A stretch of DNA of 64,000 nt, taken from NCBI RefSeq assembly GCF_006345805.1, contig NC_043010.1, positions 434,001 through 498,000 of the forward strand. The letters are read 5' to 3'. The DNA comes from Octopus sinensis. Taxonomy: Eukaryota. Below the pieces are notes generated by a model, which worked only from the letters and a program-made list of their open reading frames with translations, made no database searches and was not told the origin of the DNA. Of the stretch, positions 37,148 through 50,015 are shown piece by piece. The translations under genes and the position numbers were made by a program. Every line of letters begins with the position of its first letter. Positions within the stretch are counted from its first letter, which is position 1.

Positions 37148-37450
37148 ACTACTGAACGAATTAAAACAAGAAATGCTATTCCATAATTATAAATTGGCTG
37201 TTTGCTTAATTTGCATAATAATAGTAGTATTTAGTTTTAATAACAACGGTAGCTTTATTCACTCATCACGCCCAACTCGCCTTTGGTCTGATTTATTAAT
37301 TTACGTCATGAATTGTAAATGAAATTGTTTTGTGATCCTTAAGTGTAATGTATGAGTTTCGTAGACGCGAACAATCAATACTATTATCTATTACTTACTC
37401 GGTGGTCATTTGTTTAATATCTAAATTAAAGGAATCAAATGCAGTTGCAG
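37148..37450 (+). repeat. Unidentified ~290-bp interspersed repeat, copy 2
   Basis: See 34150-34440. Confidence 0.85.
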
Positions 37451-37796
37451 GTCAATACATACAGGATGAGACATGGACAAGGAGAAGATTCTAATGAGAC
37501 AGGGCAATGTGGGAGAAAGATAGGGTGAAATGGTTTGTGCGGGATAGAGACGGTTGTGTGCACCAAGTGTGATGAGATGTAAAAAAGCGAGTAGGTCAGA
37601 GGTATCTCAATAGTGGAGATAGGAGATAAACCAGCTCAGAGGAGCAGTGGCCATTACAAATCTCGCTGAATGACTTTGGAATTCGAAGAATGTGCATGTT
37701 GTATAGAGTTTATGTTTTACAACCACAGAGTAGACTAATACAATTGTTTGCTTGTATTCCACCTGCCTTCGTCTTTTGTTTATTTTCATAAAGCTT

Positions 37797-37901
<105 letters not shown>

Positions 37902-38043
37902 ATATATATATATATCTACCAGAGTAAGCGCATAAATGTGAAACAAAGTGGAAAAAATAGTACTCGAATACCGGAGGTAGAGTAATATGTATATTATATG
38001 GTAGTTGTCTACTCCTTATGCAGAGTTTGACCACCTCCTGTAC

Positions 38044-38498
38044 CTACACTTCAGCACCATCATGGCATCTGATGTGGCTTTTTAAACCAGACAATGTTCT
38101 GAAAAGACACCCACATAGATTGCACATCCGATTTGATCTACCAAGAACTGCAGATATGTTCTGCTCTTTGTGAATCTTAAAATGTCTTTTGAGGCCTCCG
38201 TTGGATTTGCAAACCTTCTGGCATACACTGCTTTCAAAGGTGTGCACAGACATATAGGTAGAATAGTTGGTGGAGGTTTGTTTTCCATGGGTTCGCAGAT
38301 GAGATTTGAGGCCAGCAAAAGACAGACATGGTGTCACAGACTGTGCGCACAAAAAGGTCAGTCATTCACCTTCTCGATTGTTACATTCTTCCTTAGATCT
38401 CTTTTGAGTCTTAAATGCGTTATCCTTGCCTCTTCAAATGCTTTCACTCCACTACACACCTTTGTTCGCCATCCAACTCGATCCGAAGCAAGGGTTTC
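38044..38498 (-). mobile_element. 5'-truncated RTE LINE end with three C2H2-like zinc fingers
   Basis: ETLASDRVGWRTKVCSGVKAFEEARITHLRLKRDLRK (RTE C-terminus), then after a frameshift CLSFAGLKSHLRTH, VCQKVCKSNGGLKRHFKIH and CNLCGCLFRTLSGLKSHIRCH. Confidence 0.8.
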
Positions 38499-38701
38499 TA
38501 TATATATATATATATAATATTAGGGATTAAATCCAAACTTACAGGGAAAAATTAGATTTAGGATTAAATCTAATTTTACAGTATAAATATATATTTATAT
38601 TTATGATTTGCCTAATAGTGGTTTTTATCTCTAATTTAATATATATATATACATACATACAAACATACGTACATACATACATACACACATACGTACATAC
38701 G

Positions 38702-38739
<38 letters not shown>

Positions 38740-38749
38740 GGGGAGAGAG

Positions 38750-39078
38750 AGAGAGAGCGAGAGTGGTTTAGTGGTCAGGGCATTCAGCTCACGATTGTAA
38801 GGTTGTGAGTTCAGTTCTCACAACGTATTTTCTGTCCTTGAGCAAGACACTCTATTTCAGGTTGCCCCAGTCCACTCAGCTGGCAAAAATGAGTAGTACT
38901 TGTATTTCAAAAGGCCAGTCTTGTCACAGTCTGTGTTACGCTGAATCTCCCTGAGAACTACATTAAGTGTATATGTGTCTGTGGAGTGCCCAGCCACTTG
39001 CACATTAATTTCACGAGCAAGCTGTTCCGTTGATCGCATCAGCTGGGAGCCTCGTCGTCGTAAGCGACGGAGTGCTCC
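38750..39078 (+). mobile_element. SINE, family D
   Basis: tRNA-like head; body gtccttgagcaagacac...ctccctgagaactac...cgtcgtcgtaagcgacgg; an inverse copy lies at 53115-53440. Confidence 0.8.
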
Positions 39079-39089
39079 TCCTAAATATA

Positions 39090-39146
<57 letters not shown>

Positions 39147-39191
39147 ATATAATATATATATATATATATATATATCTATATATATATATAT

Positions 39192-39259
<68 letters not shown>

Positions 39260-39329
39260 TGTTTTTGAAATGGCTGAGCATGGTTTAAGGGAGATGCCGC
39301 TACTACTTCTAGTAAGTTGGGAAATCAAT

Positions 39330-39480
39330 TACCGGCAATCTCATTGGGATCATATTGAAAAGTCACTGCGTTTCGTAGATCTTTGTAATCGATGTTTCAT
39401 TGAGGACATCATTGAAGGCATCACATTCATCTTGTGTATCATCAGTCGAAAATTAACATCTCTATACTTTATATCACGCC
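39330..39480 (-). pseudogene. Possible degraded LINE APE-endonuclease fragment
   Basis: TDDTQDECDAFNDVLNET..TKI resembles the APT.....D.FY..L.E.I..I motif; frameshifted and weak. Confidence 0.3.
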
Positions 39481-39854
39481 TTCCTTTAAATTCCTTTATT
39501 TACTTGCTCACAGTTGAAGCGATAATAGAACATTCCACTGTTCTCTACCCTTAGATAAAGGGCAACAACCACTGAGCTAATCGAACACATCTATTGTACT
39601 CTCCTTAGATTAATTGTTACCGACGCTGACCTCTACTGGTTCTCCAATATTCGGTTGTTCAGTATAATGAAACTATCATCATTTATACTGTGCCTGCCTC
39701 TGCTGCTTTTAATGTGATATAGTGATGTACACATCCCCCATGGAGTCTATTTAGAGTTTTTGAACTGAGCCGTTGAGCTGTAGTTTCGTCAGAGACATAG
39801 AATACTGCTAATAACGGGGTATGAATTGTTTGTCCTTTGCCTATGTAGAGTGTG

Positions 39855-40335
39855 AACTGTGACTCGATTCTGTGACAAATGAGACTCGATTGCTTGACAG
39901 ATGTAAATGGATACTGTGCCGGCTGTGACTCGACACTGTAACTACTCACACAAGTTACTATGAAATCTGTGACTCGATACTATGACAACTGTGAATCAAT
40001 AGTGTGATAGATGCAATTAAATACTGTGACAGTTGTGACTCGATACTGTGACACTTGTGACTTGGTACTCTAACAGATGTTACTTGATGCTGTGACAGCT
40101 GTGACTCAAAATTATGGCAAATATTATTTGGTATATGACAGCTTTGACTCAATATTGTGACTGCTGTGACTCGATAGTGTGACAGATGTAATCGACTACC
40201 CTAATAGATTTTACTTGATGGCGTGACAGTAGTGACTCGACGATGTGATAGCCGTGAGTCATATATTGCGACTGATTGTTGTGACTCAATACTATCTATG
40301 ATAGTCATGACGCAGATATTGCGATAGATGTGACG
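39855..40335. repeat. Degenerate ~21-bp minisatellite (tgtgactcgatactgtgacag)
   Basis: The motif recurs throughout ~480 bp. Confidence 0.85.
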
Positions 40336-41069
40336 CGAAATTAAATGAATTGAGAATAAATGGAATAAATTGATGAAGCATTCTTCACCGAGACAAATAT
40401 CACAGCTTGAAAACTGGTGATCCAATGTTTTATCTGCCAGCCATCTCGACAGTACCACCACCACCACCACCACCACCACCACCACTGCCATAACTATAAC
40501 ATGCACATTTGCGCTCATAGGCAAAAACATATAAATACAAGAACAAAAATTACAGTCAGACAAATAAACACAGAAGCACCCACACACATCGAAAACACAT
40601 GAGCATACATACATATATGCAAACCTACACATACACATACATACATATATACATATATACATGTGTGTGTGTGTGTGTGTGTGTGTCTATTCACACATAC
40701 ATACACACACACACATACGCACATAACAAGAAGCAGACAAATCAAGATGGGTCAGTTTTAATAAAGGTGTTTTTAGTGTGCACACACATACACACGTAGA
40801 AAATTATAGACACGAACACTAATATATATATACATATATTCAGGCATACATACACAAACATACAAAAGGGAAACACATTCACACACACTCACACACATAA
40901 ACAGACACACACAGACACACACAAACACACATACACACACTTCGCACTTATTTGCTGCGACATTGTTGAAATTCAATTGAAATTTGCACATTGAATAAAA
41001 TTGCCAGAAGAGATTTACTGAAGATGGAACTGGTAACAATTGGACAGATATTGTCTTACGTATATGGCT

Positions 41070-41226
41070 CAGATGGTGGTGGTGGTGGTGGTGGTGTTTG
41101 TGATGCTAGTGGCGATGATGATGATGATGATGATGATGAAACTCAACTGATTTTGACGCCGACGACGACGATGACAATGATGATGTTGATGCTGATATTG
41201 AAGATGACGATGATGATGATGATGAC

Positions 41227-41266
<40 letters not shown>

Positions 41267-41410
41267 GCAATAATGACCATTCGTGGTAGTGGAAGAAAAA
41301 AGCTGAAAGAGAAGAATCTCCTCTACGTAAGAGCAACAGCAACAACAACCACAACAACAACAGAAGCAGCAATCTGAAGTTGCAGCTGCAAAAACAACAT
41401 TATTTCCATT

Positions 41411-41461
<51 letters not shown>

Positions 41462-41502
41462 GGCTGCAACTACTACCGCTGCTGCTGCTGCTGCTGCTGC
41501 TG

Positions 41503-41555
<53 letters not shown>

Positions 41556-41559
41556 GCTG

Positions 41560-41621
<62 letters not shown>

Positions 41622-41649
41622 GCTGCTGCTGCTACTACTGCTGTTGCTG

Positions 41650-41684
<35 letters not shown>

Positions 41685-41715
41685 GTTGCTACATCAACGT
41701 CAACAACAACAATAA
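41070..41715. repeat. Compound trinucleotide array (GGT, GAT, CAA, CTA/CTG)
   Basis: Seen directly. Confidence 0.95.
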
Positions 41716-42318
41716 TAACGCCTCTTCTCGATGCTAATTAACAAGTGACACAGTCAGCTCGCAGCTTTTTTCATTAGCCGCCATTGTTTACAACGGTGAA
41801 ATTAGGAAGAAAACAACAACAACAACAACAGCAACAAACAAACAAACAATGACAAGGCAACAAAAACAAAAAAAAAACATCAAACAAAACAATGAATCTA
41901 ACTCGGGATCAATGTCATTCATTTCAATTAATAATTAATAAAATAGCAAATTCTACAAAAATAAACACAGGTTATGCGTTATGTTGTGTGTTTGAAAGGA
42001 TGTTTGTGGGTGTATGTTTGTGTCACTCTTTGTGTGTGTTTGTGTGTGTGTTTGTGTGTGTGACTGTGTGTGTGTGTGTGTGTGTTTGCGCGTTCCAAAA
42101 GAATGGTCACAGCCAGAAGGCCGTTGCACAAGAGTACGAAAATATGTTCAATGTTCACGTATTTCTTTTTGTGTGTGGGCAAGGACACGTGCGCTCACAC
42201 ACACACACGCGCGCGAGCGTTGGTGCATACACACTTGCATACTATACATATGCGTATCTGTCTCTATTTCCAAGTATATATATATTTCACACACACACAC
42301 CACACGCACATGTGTGTA

Positions 42319-42381
<63 letters not shown>

Positions 42382-42382
42382 G

Positions 42383-42417
<35 letters not shown>

Positions 42418-42693
42418 ATATATATATTATATATATATATATGTATATAATTATACTGTATTTTTATAAACTGAAGACAAAGCTGATAAATTAGTTTCGT
42501 CTTTTATATTTTTTATATTATGCCCAAGAACGAAAAACATACGGTATGTATATACGTATGAATGAATAAGATATATATATATATATATATATTCATACAT
42601 ATGAACGCGTGTGCATGTATATACATACCTACATACATATATGCATGTTTACGCACACATACACAAACACACAAACACACACACACACACACA

Positions 42694-42731
<38 letters not shown>

Positions 42732-43199
42732 GTATATGTATATATGTATCTATAAGAATTCTATTAAACACGATAATAATATCCTTGAAGATGTTATATT
42801 TTATAAAAAAATTATTTAAAAAAAATGTTTTTCTGCAATACGAAACACTTCAGAATAAAAATTGCTTATATTTTTTATTCTCTTAGCAAAAGAATATAGA
42901 AATATATCAGTAATATATATATATATATATCGATAAATACATAACGAAGCAAAAATATTTTAAAACAAAATATATTCTTAAAAAAATATCCACTCCAAAA
43001 TAACAATCAACTTCTTGAAAACTATTTTCAAAACTATATACAATCTGATGTGATGAGCAATATTGTTTTTTTTTATTTTTTAATGCCTTGTTTCTCCCTG
43101 CTGATGACAGCTCAGCATATTTTTTAAAACTGTGAATTTAAAACGGGAGTTGTAGAGTTTTAAGAGAGTTATGTTTTATTATTATTATTTTTTTCTTCT

Positions 43200-43495
43200 T
43201 CCTGTTTTGGCCATTGGGCTGCGACCACACTTGTGCGCCGCATTGAAAGGGCTTAATCGAACAAATCCACCCAAGTATTTACTGTTTGTTATTTTTTTTT
43301 AATTCTGCTACTTATTCTACCAGTTTCTTTTGCCAAACGGCTATTCCCAGGGACGCAAACAAACCAACAACCAGTTGTGAAGCTGTAGTGGGAGACAATC
43401 ACAAAGACTTATACATATTAATAGATACATACATTATCTATCTATCTGTCTGTGTATATATGTATATACAAACAGACATTCACACATATACATCA

Positions 43496-43568
<73 letters not shown>

Positions 43569-43720
43569 GACGGGCTTCAACGCAGTTTCCGTCAGTCAGA
43601 TTCACTCACAAGGCTTTGGTCTGTCCGTTGCCATAGTAGAAGACACTTACCCAAGGTGCCGCAGGATGGACTGAACCCGAAACCATGTGGTTGCAAATCG
43701 AACTTCTTAACCATACAGCC
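43200..43720 (-). mobile_element. SINE B (diverged, full length)
   Basis: Tail ~43200-43420, (TA)n, head tacgacgggcttcaacgcagtttccgtc...ggactgaacccgaaacc. Confidence 0.8.
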
Positions 43721-43914
43721 AGAAGCTTTGATAATTAGACAAGCGTTGATCATGTTCGAATGGATGGAAAGAATGAAGTTTAAGAGAAAAATTACAACAT
43801 ATGTGTAGCTTCTTTGGAGGAGGGTCAGATTTGCTCATAACCTCAGCGGCATCTGTCATATGCATCAGTTATGTACTGTAAATAAGTCTTTGATGAATCC
43901 TAGGGATCATAAGG

Positions 43915-44175
43915 CCAGAGGCTAATTCAGTTTCCGTGGCGTATAAATGGCTGGGGTTATAGCACTCACCACTTCTGAACAGGAGGCCGGGTCGTCGCAG
44001 GGTTAACTTTCTAGCTATTGCTGCTGGCACTCATTTACAGCTGGTGGACTGAAGCAACATGAAACGAAATTTCTTGCTCAATAGCACACACAGCACATAG
44101 CCCAGATCGGAAATCGAAACTACGATATTATGATTGTGATGTAACATCCTGACCGCTAGGCTATGCGCCTTCACT
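43915..44175 (-). mobile_element. tRNA-derived SINE sharing its central domain with family D
   Basis: ctcatttacagctggtggactgaagcaacatgaaacgaaatttcttgctcaa...ggaaatcgaaac. Confidence 0.65.
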
Positions 44176-44695
44176 GTTATTTAGTGGGCTAAGGTTTAAT
44201 CGACTAAACTCCCTTCTTTTTAACGACAAGCACAAGAAGAACGAATCATATCGAGGGACAACTCAGCAGTTGCTTAACTTGCTAGAAATAACAGTGAAAT
44301 CTTAGACAGACCAGACACTGACACAGGTAAATAAATAAATAAATAAAAAGAGAAAGGACAAGTTCATCACGCTACATTCTGGAAACAATGTAACGGGATG
44401 GGCACGACTAGATTTGTTCGATAAGAACTTACCTTGGAATGAACAGCAATAATGACAACATGAATGTGAACAAACAAAAAATTCAAATGTATTGACGTGT
44501 TGAAGGTTGAAAAAATCAATAATTATTAAAGATTTTTTTTTTAATGCGACACAGGTCGTATAGTAATGTAATGATTATCTAAGTAATTAAGTTAATTTTG
44601 AAATAGGCTAATATAAATTAAAGAAAATGCCCACTGAAAAATGTCTTGTTTTATTTCCAAAACTGTGTTAAATAAGATTATTAAAGTAATTTCAG

Positions 44696-45430
44696 ATTGA
44701 AACAACGGTAGAAAACAACAAACAATGTTTATTTGGTTCAACCAATCTGGATAAATTCTGTTCATCTGCTGCTGAAACAAATAATACCGTATTATGTAAT
44801 GGTAAGTAGAACTAGATATTACTAATAAAGTAATTTTTGTTGCAGTCGTTTCGGTTTCATTATCTCAATCAACCAACGAAACCACCTCCAGGTTTGCATG
44901 TATTACGCAACCAAATCAACCAATGAATTTGAATTTTCTCAAGTGGACATTTGGCAATCAAAAACATTCTTTTCAATCAATTTGGTTCACTGCTTTTGAT
45001 TTCATTCATTATGTCCCAATCTACAATCGTGTATGTTGTTTGTTTTTCTTCCTGTGCAATCTGTGATAGAAAGTCAAAACAACATCTTGTTAACGATAAA
45101 CAAAATGCTTTTTTAACAGAAGGATTTTGTAATTTGGATAAAGTTTGTAAGCGCTTTGAGAAGCATAAACTCTTTGCTATTTATTGTCATCGCAATGCTA
45201 TTAAAGTATAAAGTGTTGATTGCTAAACGTAAATAACGTTAGAGAATTGCTAGAGGAAGCTGCAAGAAAACATACCAGCAAATCGTAGATGCATAATAAA
45301 AAATAATTCAGTGCTTGGACATCATTTACAGACAAAGAATAGGCATGTAAATATGAAGAATTGTCTAACTTGTATTAAGATAATACGATTAAGAAGGAAA
45401 GATTAATTCGATTTTCTAGGGATGGCTCAA
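44696..45430 (+). pseudogene. hAT transposase relic (TTF-type zinc finger region)
   Basis: QPNQP.NLNF.KWTFGNQKHSFQSIWF..FDFIHY / VCFSSCAIC...AFLTEGFCNLDKVCKRFEKHK...H..A / NRRCIIK/IIQCLDIIYRQ resembles the ZnF_TTF and following helix of hAT transposases. Frameshifts and stops present. Confidence 0.75.
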
Positions 45431-45560
45431 CAAATCTAGTACAGGTGAATACTGATTAATACAAAACACTAAAATAAAAATTGGCATTTAGCATTTGATA
45501 ACTGGGTGTCAAAATATTCGCATACAATAGAAGATGCCACCATACACTCTAACAATACTT

Positions 45561-45605
45561 CTTATCCTGAAGATGAACTTGAGAAAGTCTAGAAACGTCG
45601 AGGAA
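45561..45605 (+). ncRNA. Degenerate minimal hammerhead-like motif
   Basis: CTGAAGA (45567-45573), stem II tgaactt-gaga-aagtcta, GAAAC-GTC; stem I partly paired. Confidence 0.5.
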
Positions 45606-45739
45606 TGATTTAGAAATTTTGTTTCAAGTGAACTGCATGAAATTCATTCGGATATGTGAAAATCTCTTAATAAAAAGGCAAAAATAAAATAGTTGTGTAT
45701 ACAGCAATATTTTTGTCAGCATGGGGAATTTGAAATTAT

Positions 45740-45955
45740 ATTGTTTCATATTTTGGCACATGGCCAGCAATTTCAAGGGAGGAGTTAGTCGATTACATCG
45801 ATCTCAGTGCTTAACTGATAGTTATTTTATCGATCGTCAAAGGATGAAAGGCAAAGTCAACTCCAGCAGAATTTGAGCTGAGAACATAAAGACGGACAAA
45901 ATGCTGTTAAGCACTTTGTCCGGCGTGTTATCGATTCTGCCAGCTCGCCTTCTTG
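45740..45955 (-). mobile_element. SINE A
   Basis: aaggatgaaaggcaaagtcaactccagcagaatttgagctgagaac. Confidence 0.8.
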
Positions 45956-47307
45956 AATTTGAAATTATATCGATGGTTGTTTGATAACGAAATATAATAA
46001 TATACAATTAACTGTTTTAGATTACGATTAACTGTTTTAGATTAGAGTACATCACTTGTGCGAAACCTGAAAGATACTTATGTACGAAGCAATTTAATAC
46101 CTATATTTTTTTAGTATGTATATTCCAACATATTTTTTCATGTCTGCTAGATTATACTCTACGCCAGTATCGATAATTTTACATTCTATAACATAAGAAA
46201 ATATATCGACATACATTAAAAGACGCGCGTGTGTGTGTGTGTGTGTATGTGTAAATGTGTGTGCGTGTGTATGTATGTGCGGGCGTCTGTTTGTGCACAT
46301 GTGGTTGTGACTGTATCTGTGAACCTTACCCTTATATTTGTGTGTATATGCGTAAAAAAGATTCTCAAAAAGCTCTAAGCAGGGAGACAGACGCCCCGCA
46401 GAAAATTTTGTGACCTTCAGTGAGTGATTTTAAAGTGAATCTAACAAAGGGAGTTAAAGGGTGAGTAGCGAAGGGGAGATAAATCGTTGACCTATCCACC
46501 ACACCCTTACAACGCCCAAACTCGCACGCACACGCGTGCATACACACACAGTCTCTCTCCCTTTCTCTCTTCCTCTTTAACCCCTCACCGTGCTGACACT
46601 GTCACTCCACAGCATCACGATATCCATCCTGACCTTCTGATGTCAACTGTTCCCAAAAGAGGAGAATCTTCTGTATTGAAATTGACCTTGATCTTCATAG
46701 TTTGCATGTCTTTTTCTAAGGGTAGAAGAGATCTAAATGACCTTACGAACGCCATCAACATTTTTTCACCGTTGTGAGATGTTGTTGGTTAGAGTTGCTA
46801 GAAATAGCAGTCAAATCTCCATTAAACAACACCCTACTAATCTTCACCAAAAGAAATCTAATGTCGCAATTTCTGCATGTTTGGTGCAATGTGGGTGTAT
46901 ATTGGCTGCGTGAATAATAACTGAAGCAAAACCTGCGAACAGTTAACTGAAATGTTTATTGATGGATACAAGAGTAATTATTGTTGGCTATTTACAATTA
47001 ATATCGTTAAGAAATACGTACTGGGAATAGAGAGAAAACCGCACTGGGTCAGCAGAAGTTTCTTATAAAACATCGTGTGAATGTTCATAATAGGACTGTC
47101 TGAGAATCTGGAGATGTCTGCACAAATGTCCGGAATCGTCTGATGGTAAGAATGCAGGCGCAGCATAGCACTCAGTCGCCTTTTCAATACTCTGTGAAAA
47201 GTTTAGGCGCCAAAAGTACATCACAGCACAACTTCACGCCGATTGGTTGCTTAAGAGACCGATTACGTGACACTCTGTTGGTTCTCTCATGGTATCTGAC
47301 CGGCTAT

Positions 47308-47540
47308 AAGGCGGCGAGCTGGCAGAATCGTTAGCACGCCGGGCGAAATGCTTTGTGGTATTTCGTCTGTCGTTACGTTCAGAGTTCAAATTCTGCCGAG
47401 GTCGACTTTGCCTTTCATCCTTTCGGGGTCGATAAATTAAGTACCAGTTGCGTACTGAGGTCGCTGTAATCGACTTAATCCGTTTGTCTGTCCTTGTTTG
47501 TCCTCTCTGTGTTTAGCCCCTTGTGGGTAGTAAAGAAATA
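47308..47540 (+). mobile_element. SINE A with ~17-bp TSD
   Basis: ggtatctgaccggctat (47291-47307) and ggtatctaaccggttat (47541-47557) flank a full copy. Confidence 0.9.
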
Positions 47541-47880
47541 GGTATCTAACCGGTTATCTAGTGGTTAGGTTTCGATTCACTGCTACACCCTGAAGGCGGA
47601 AGGGTCATGCTTAGAATGTTTTTGATTAACATATGTTTGTACGAAAAGGAATGACATACTGTGTTCAACAGCAATACTACCACCACCACCACCACCATCA
47701 CCACCAGCAGCAGCAGCAGCAGCAGCAACCACCTCTGACAAGAAAAAGACAAGATGTCCTTTAATTATGGGTCTGTTCCTCCAGGTTTGATCTGGGAGGG
47801 CAGAGTAAATCTACACCAACAATAATAGCAGCAACAATGCAGTAGCAGCCACAACAGCAACAACAACAACAACAACAGCA

Positions 47881-47917
<37 letters not shown>

Positions 47918-49699
47918 TTTTATCCAATCACATGACGTGCTGTATCGTCTGCGGAGATGAGGACAGTTAAGGATTTGTAGTTGTAATTGTTGTTGTGGTT
48001 GTGGTTGTGGTGGTGGTGGTGATATTGAACGTCGTCGTCTTTGTTGTTGTTGTTGTTGTTGTAGTGATGGCAGTAGTTGTGACTGATGGCAACTAAAACA
48101 AAGACAACTGCAAAAGCGAAGGCGACAACGACGATAATGAAGTGTTGTTGTTGGTGATGACGATGATGGTGATAATAGTGGTGGTGGTGATGGTGGTGGT
48201 GATGGTGAAGGTCATGGTTTAGGCAACTAAAAACAAAACAAAAACGTGATGACGATGACGGAAATGATGATGATGATGACGATAGTGGAAGTGGTTGTGG
48301 TAGTGATGAGGGTGTCGGTGATAAAAGTGTTGTGGCGTTGATGATAGTAGTAGTGGCGGTGGTGACGAAAAGAAGGTCATGACCACGGCAAAAAAAAACC
48401 CCAAACAAACAAAAAAGCGATGACGATGACGATAAAAACGAAGAAGATAATGAAGATGATGACGATGACGACGACGACGGTAAAGAGTGATGCTGTTGAT
48501 GTTGATAATGTTGACACAGAACGATAATAGTGATGCTGATTCAATTACTCAATTAACAAATAACCTTAATTCACAAGTGCAAACTATTTTCGCCCTCTAC
48601 ACGTTTAAAAAACCTAAATGTCAAACAATCGTATTCATCATTATTGTTATCGGCATTAGCATCACTATCGTTATCTTTACTATCTTCAGTGCCGTTGTAA
48701 TCATCCTAGTAATGATGATGATGATATATATACACACAAACGCACATATCTGCGTGCATATTATTTTACGTTGTTTGCAGTGCGGACCACTCCTTCAGTT
48801 ATCAACTAGAGGTCACAACGATTTCGACACTTTCCAACAGGACCGCTACTGCCAGGAATACTATGTAGCATTGATGTTGTCAAAGAATGCGTTATTTTGA
48901 TCCACGCTGTAATACCCTTTTTTCATCTGTTATCCCTGATTGCAGGTGCGCAAACCAAATTGGGTGCAGCTGCAATCATTCCAGTTATGCACCAATTATT
49001 TGGTTTTACTTCTCGCAGGCGATTTATTGTTCTTCTTTAATTTAGTCTTTCCCACATTGTCCTCGCCATATTTAACCATTTTCCGATTTCCTCCCTGATT
49101 CACGAATTATTGATCTGCTATTCTTCTTAAGTCAAAAGCCAACCAAGCAGATAGATAAATAAAATTTAGCTGATAACCATCGGCATCATTCCTTTACTGG
49201 AAGCATGCTGCCCTGCGCTACTCGTTCGGCATAATTTTGTAAGTCCTTTTTCTCGGTCTGTCCTTTCGTGTGATAATTCATATGGCCACCCCAAACTCTT
49301 TGAACAGAACAATCAATACTTTTCGTCCATCCGGTCAGACTTGATGGTATACATTGACTAAGGACACTGCTTCGTAATTACAATATGACTTCTTAATTGC
49401 AATGTACTTCTTTCAAGTTCAGCTGTATCTTCCAATCAAAAACACTTTTCAGAAGTCTGGGTTTCGAGTTGCCTTTGTTTATGTTCCTGCTTTGTCGTTT
49501 CTTATCCTCTTTGAGTAAAACAACGGAAAGCAACTTAGTATCGCTACTAATTGCACTGTTGCTGCTGCACTGATGTTTTAGTGCATCAACAATGGTTGAC
49601 ATGCAACATTCCTGATTATGCTCTAAAGACACGCAAACGTTGCATTGATGGCGGAAACATAAACAAAGGCAACTCGAAACCCAGACTTCTGAAAAGTGC

Positions 49700-50015
49700 T
49701 TTTGATCATCATCAACGTTTGGAAACCTGCATTATACTACTTTCTCGTCACAAAAATGTATCATCTTTGAATCGAATTGTAACATGTGATGAGAAATGGA
49801 TCCAATACAATAACTCTAAACGTTCAGCACAATGGTTGGACAAAGATGAGCCACCAAAACACAGTCCAAAAAGCAAAATTCATCAAAAGAAGCTGATGGT
49901 GTGTTTGGTGGTCTGGCGCAGGTGTGATACATTATGATTTCATTAAACCTGGCTCATCAATCACGGCCGAAGTATACTGCAGCCAACTGGACCAAATGAT
50001 GCAAGAACTTACAAA
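49700..50015 (+). pseudogene. Mariner transposase relic (Hsmar1/cecropia-like)
   Basis: RIVTCDEKWIQYNNSKRSAQWLDKDEPPKHSPKSKIHQKKLMV, frameshift, then WWSGAGVIHYDFIKPGSSITAEVYCSQLDQM. Confidence 0.9.

Noticed and set aside
38044-38352. Host C2H2 zinc-finger gene
   Set aside because: It directly continues an RTE C-terminus, lacks TGEKP linkers and splice signals, and is frameshifted.
41069-41715. 204-aa poly-Val/Ala and 111-aa poly-Leu ORFs
   Set aside because: Pure trinucleotide arrays.
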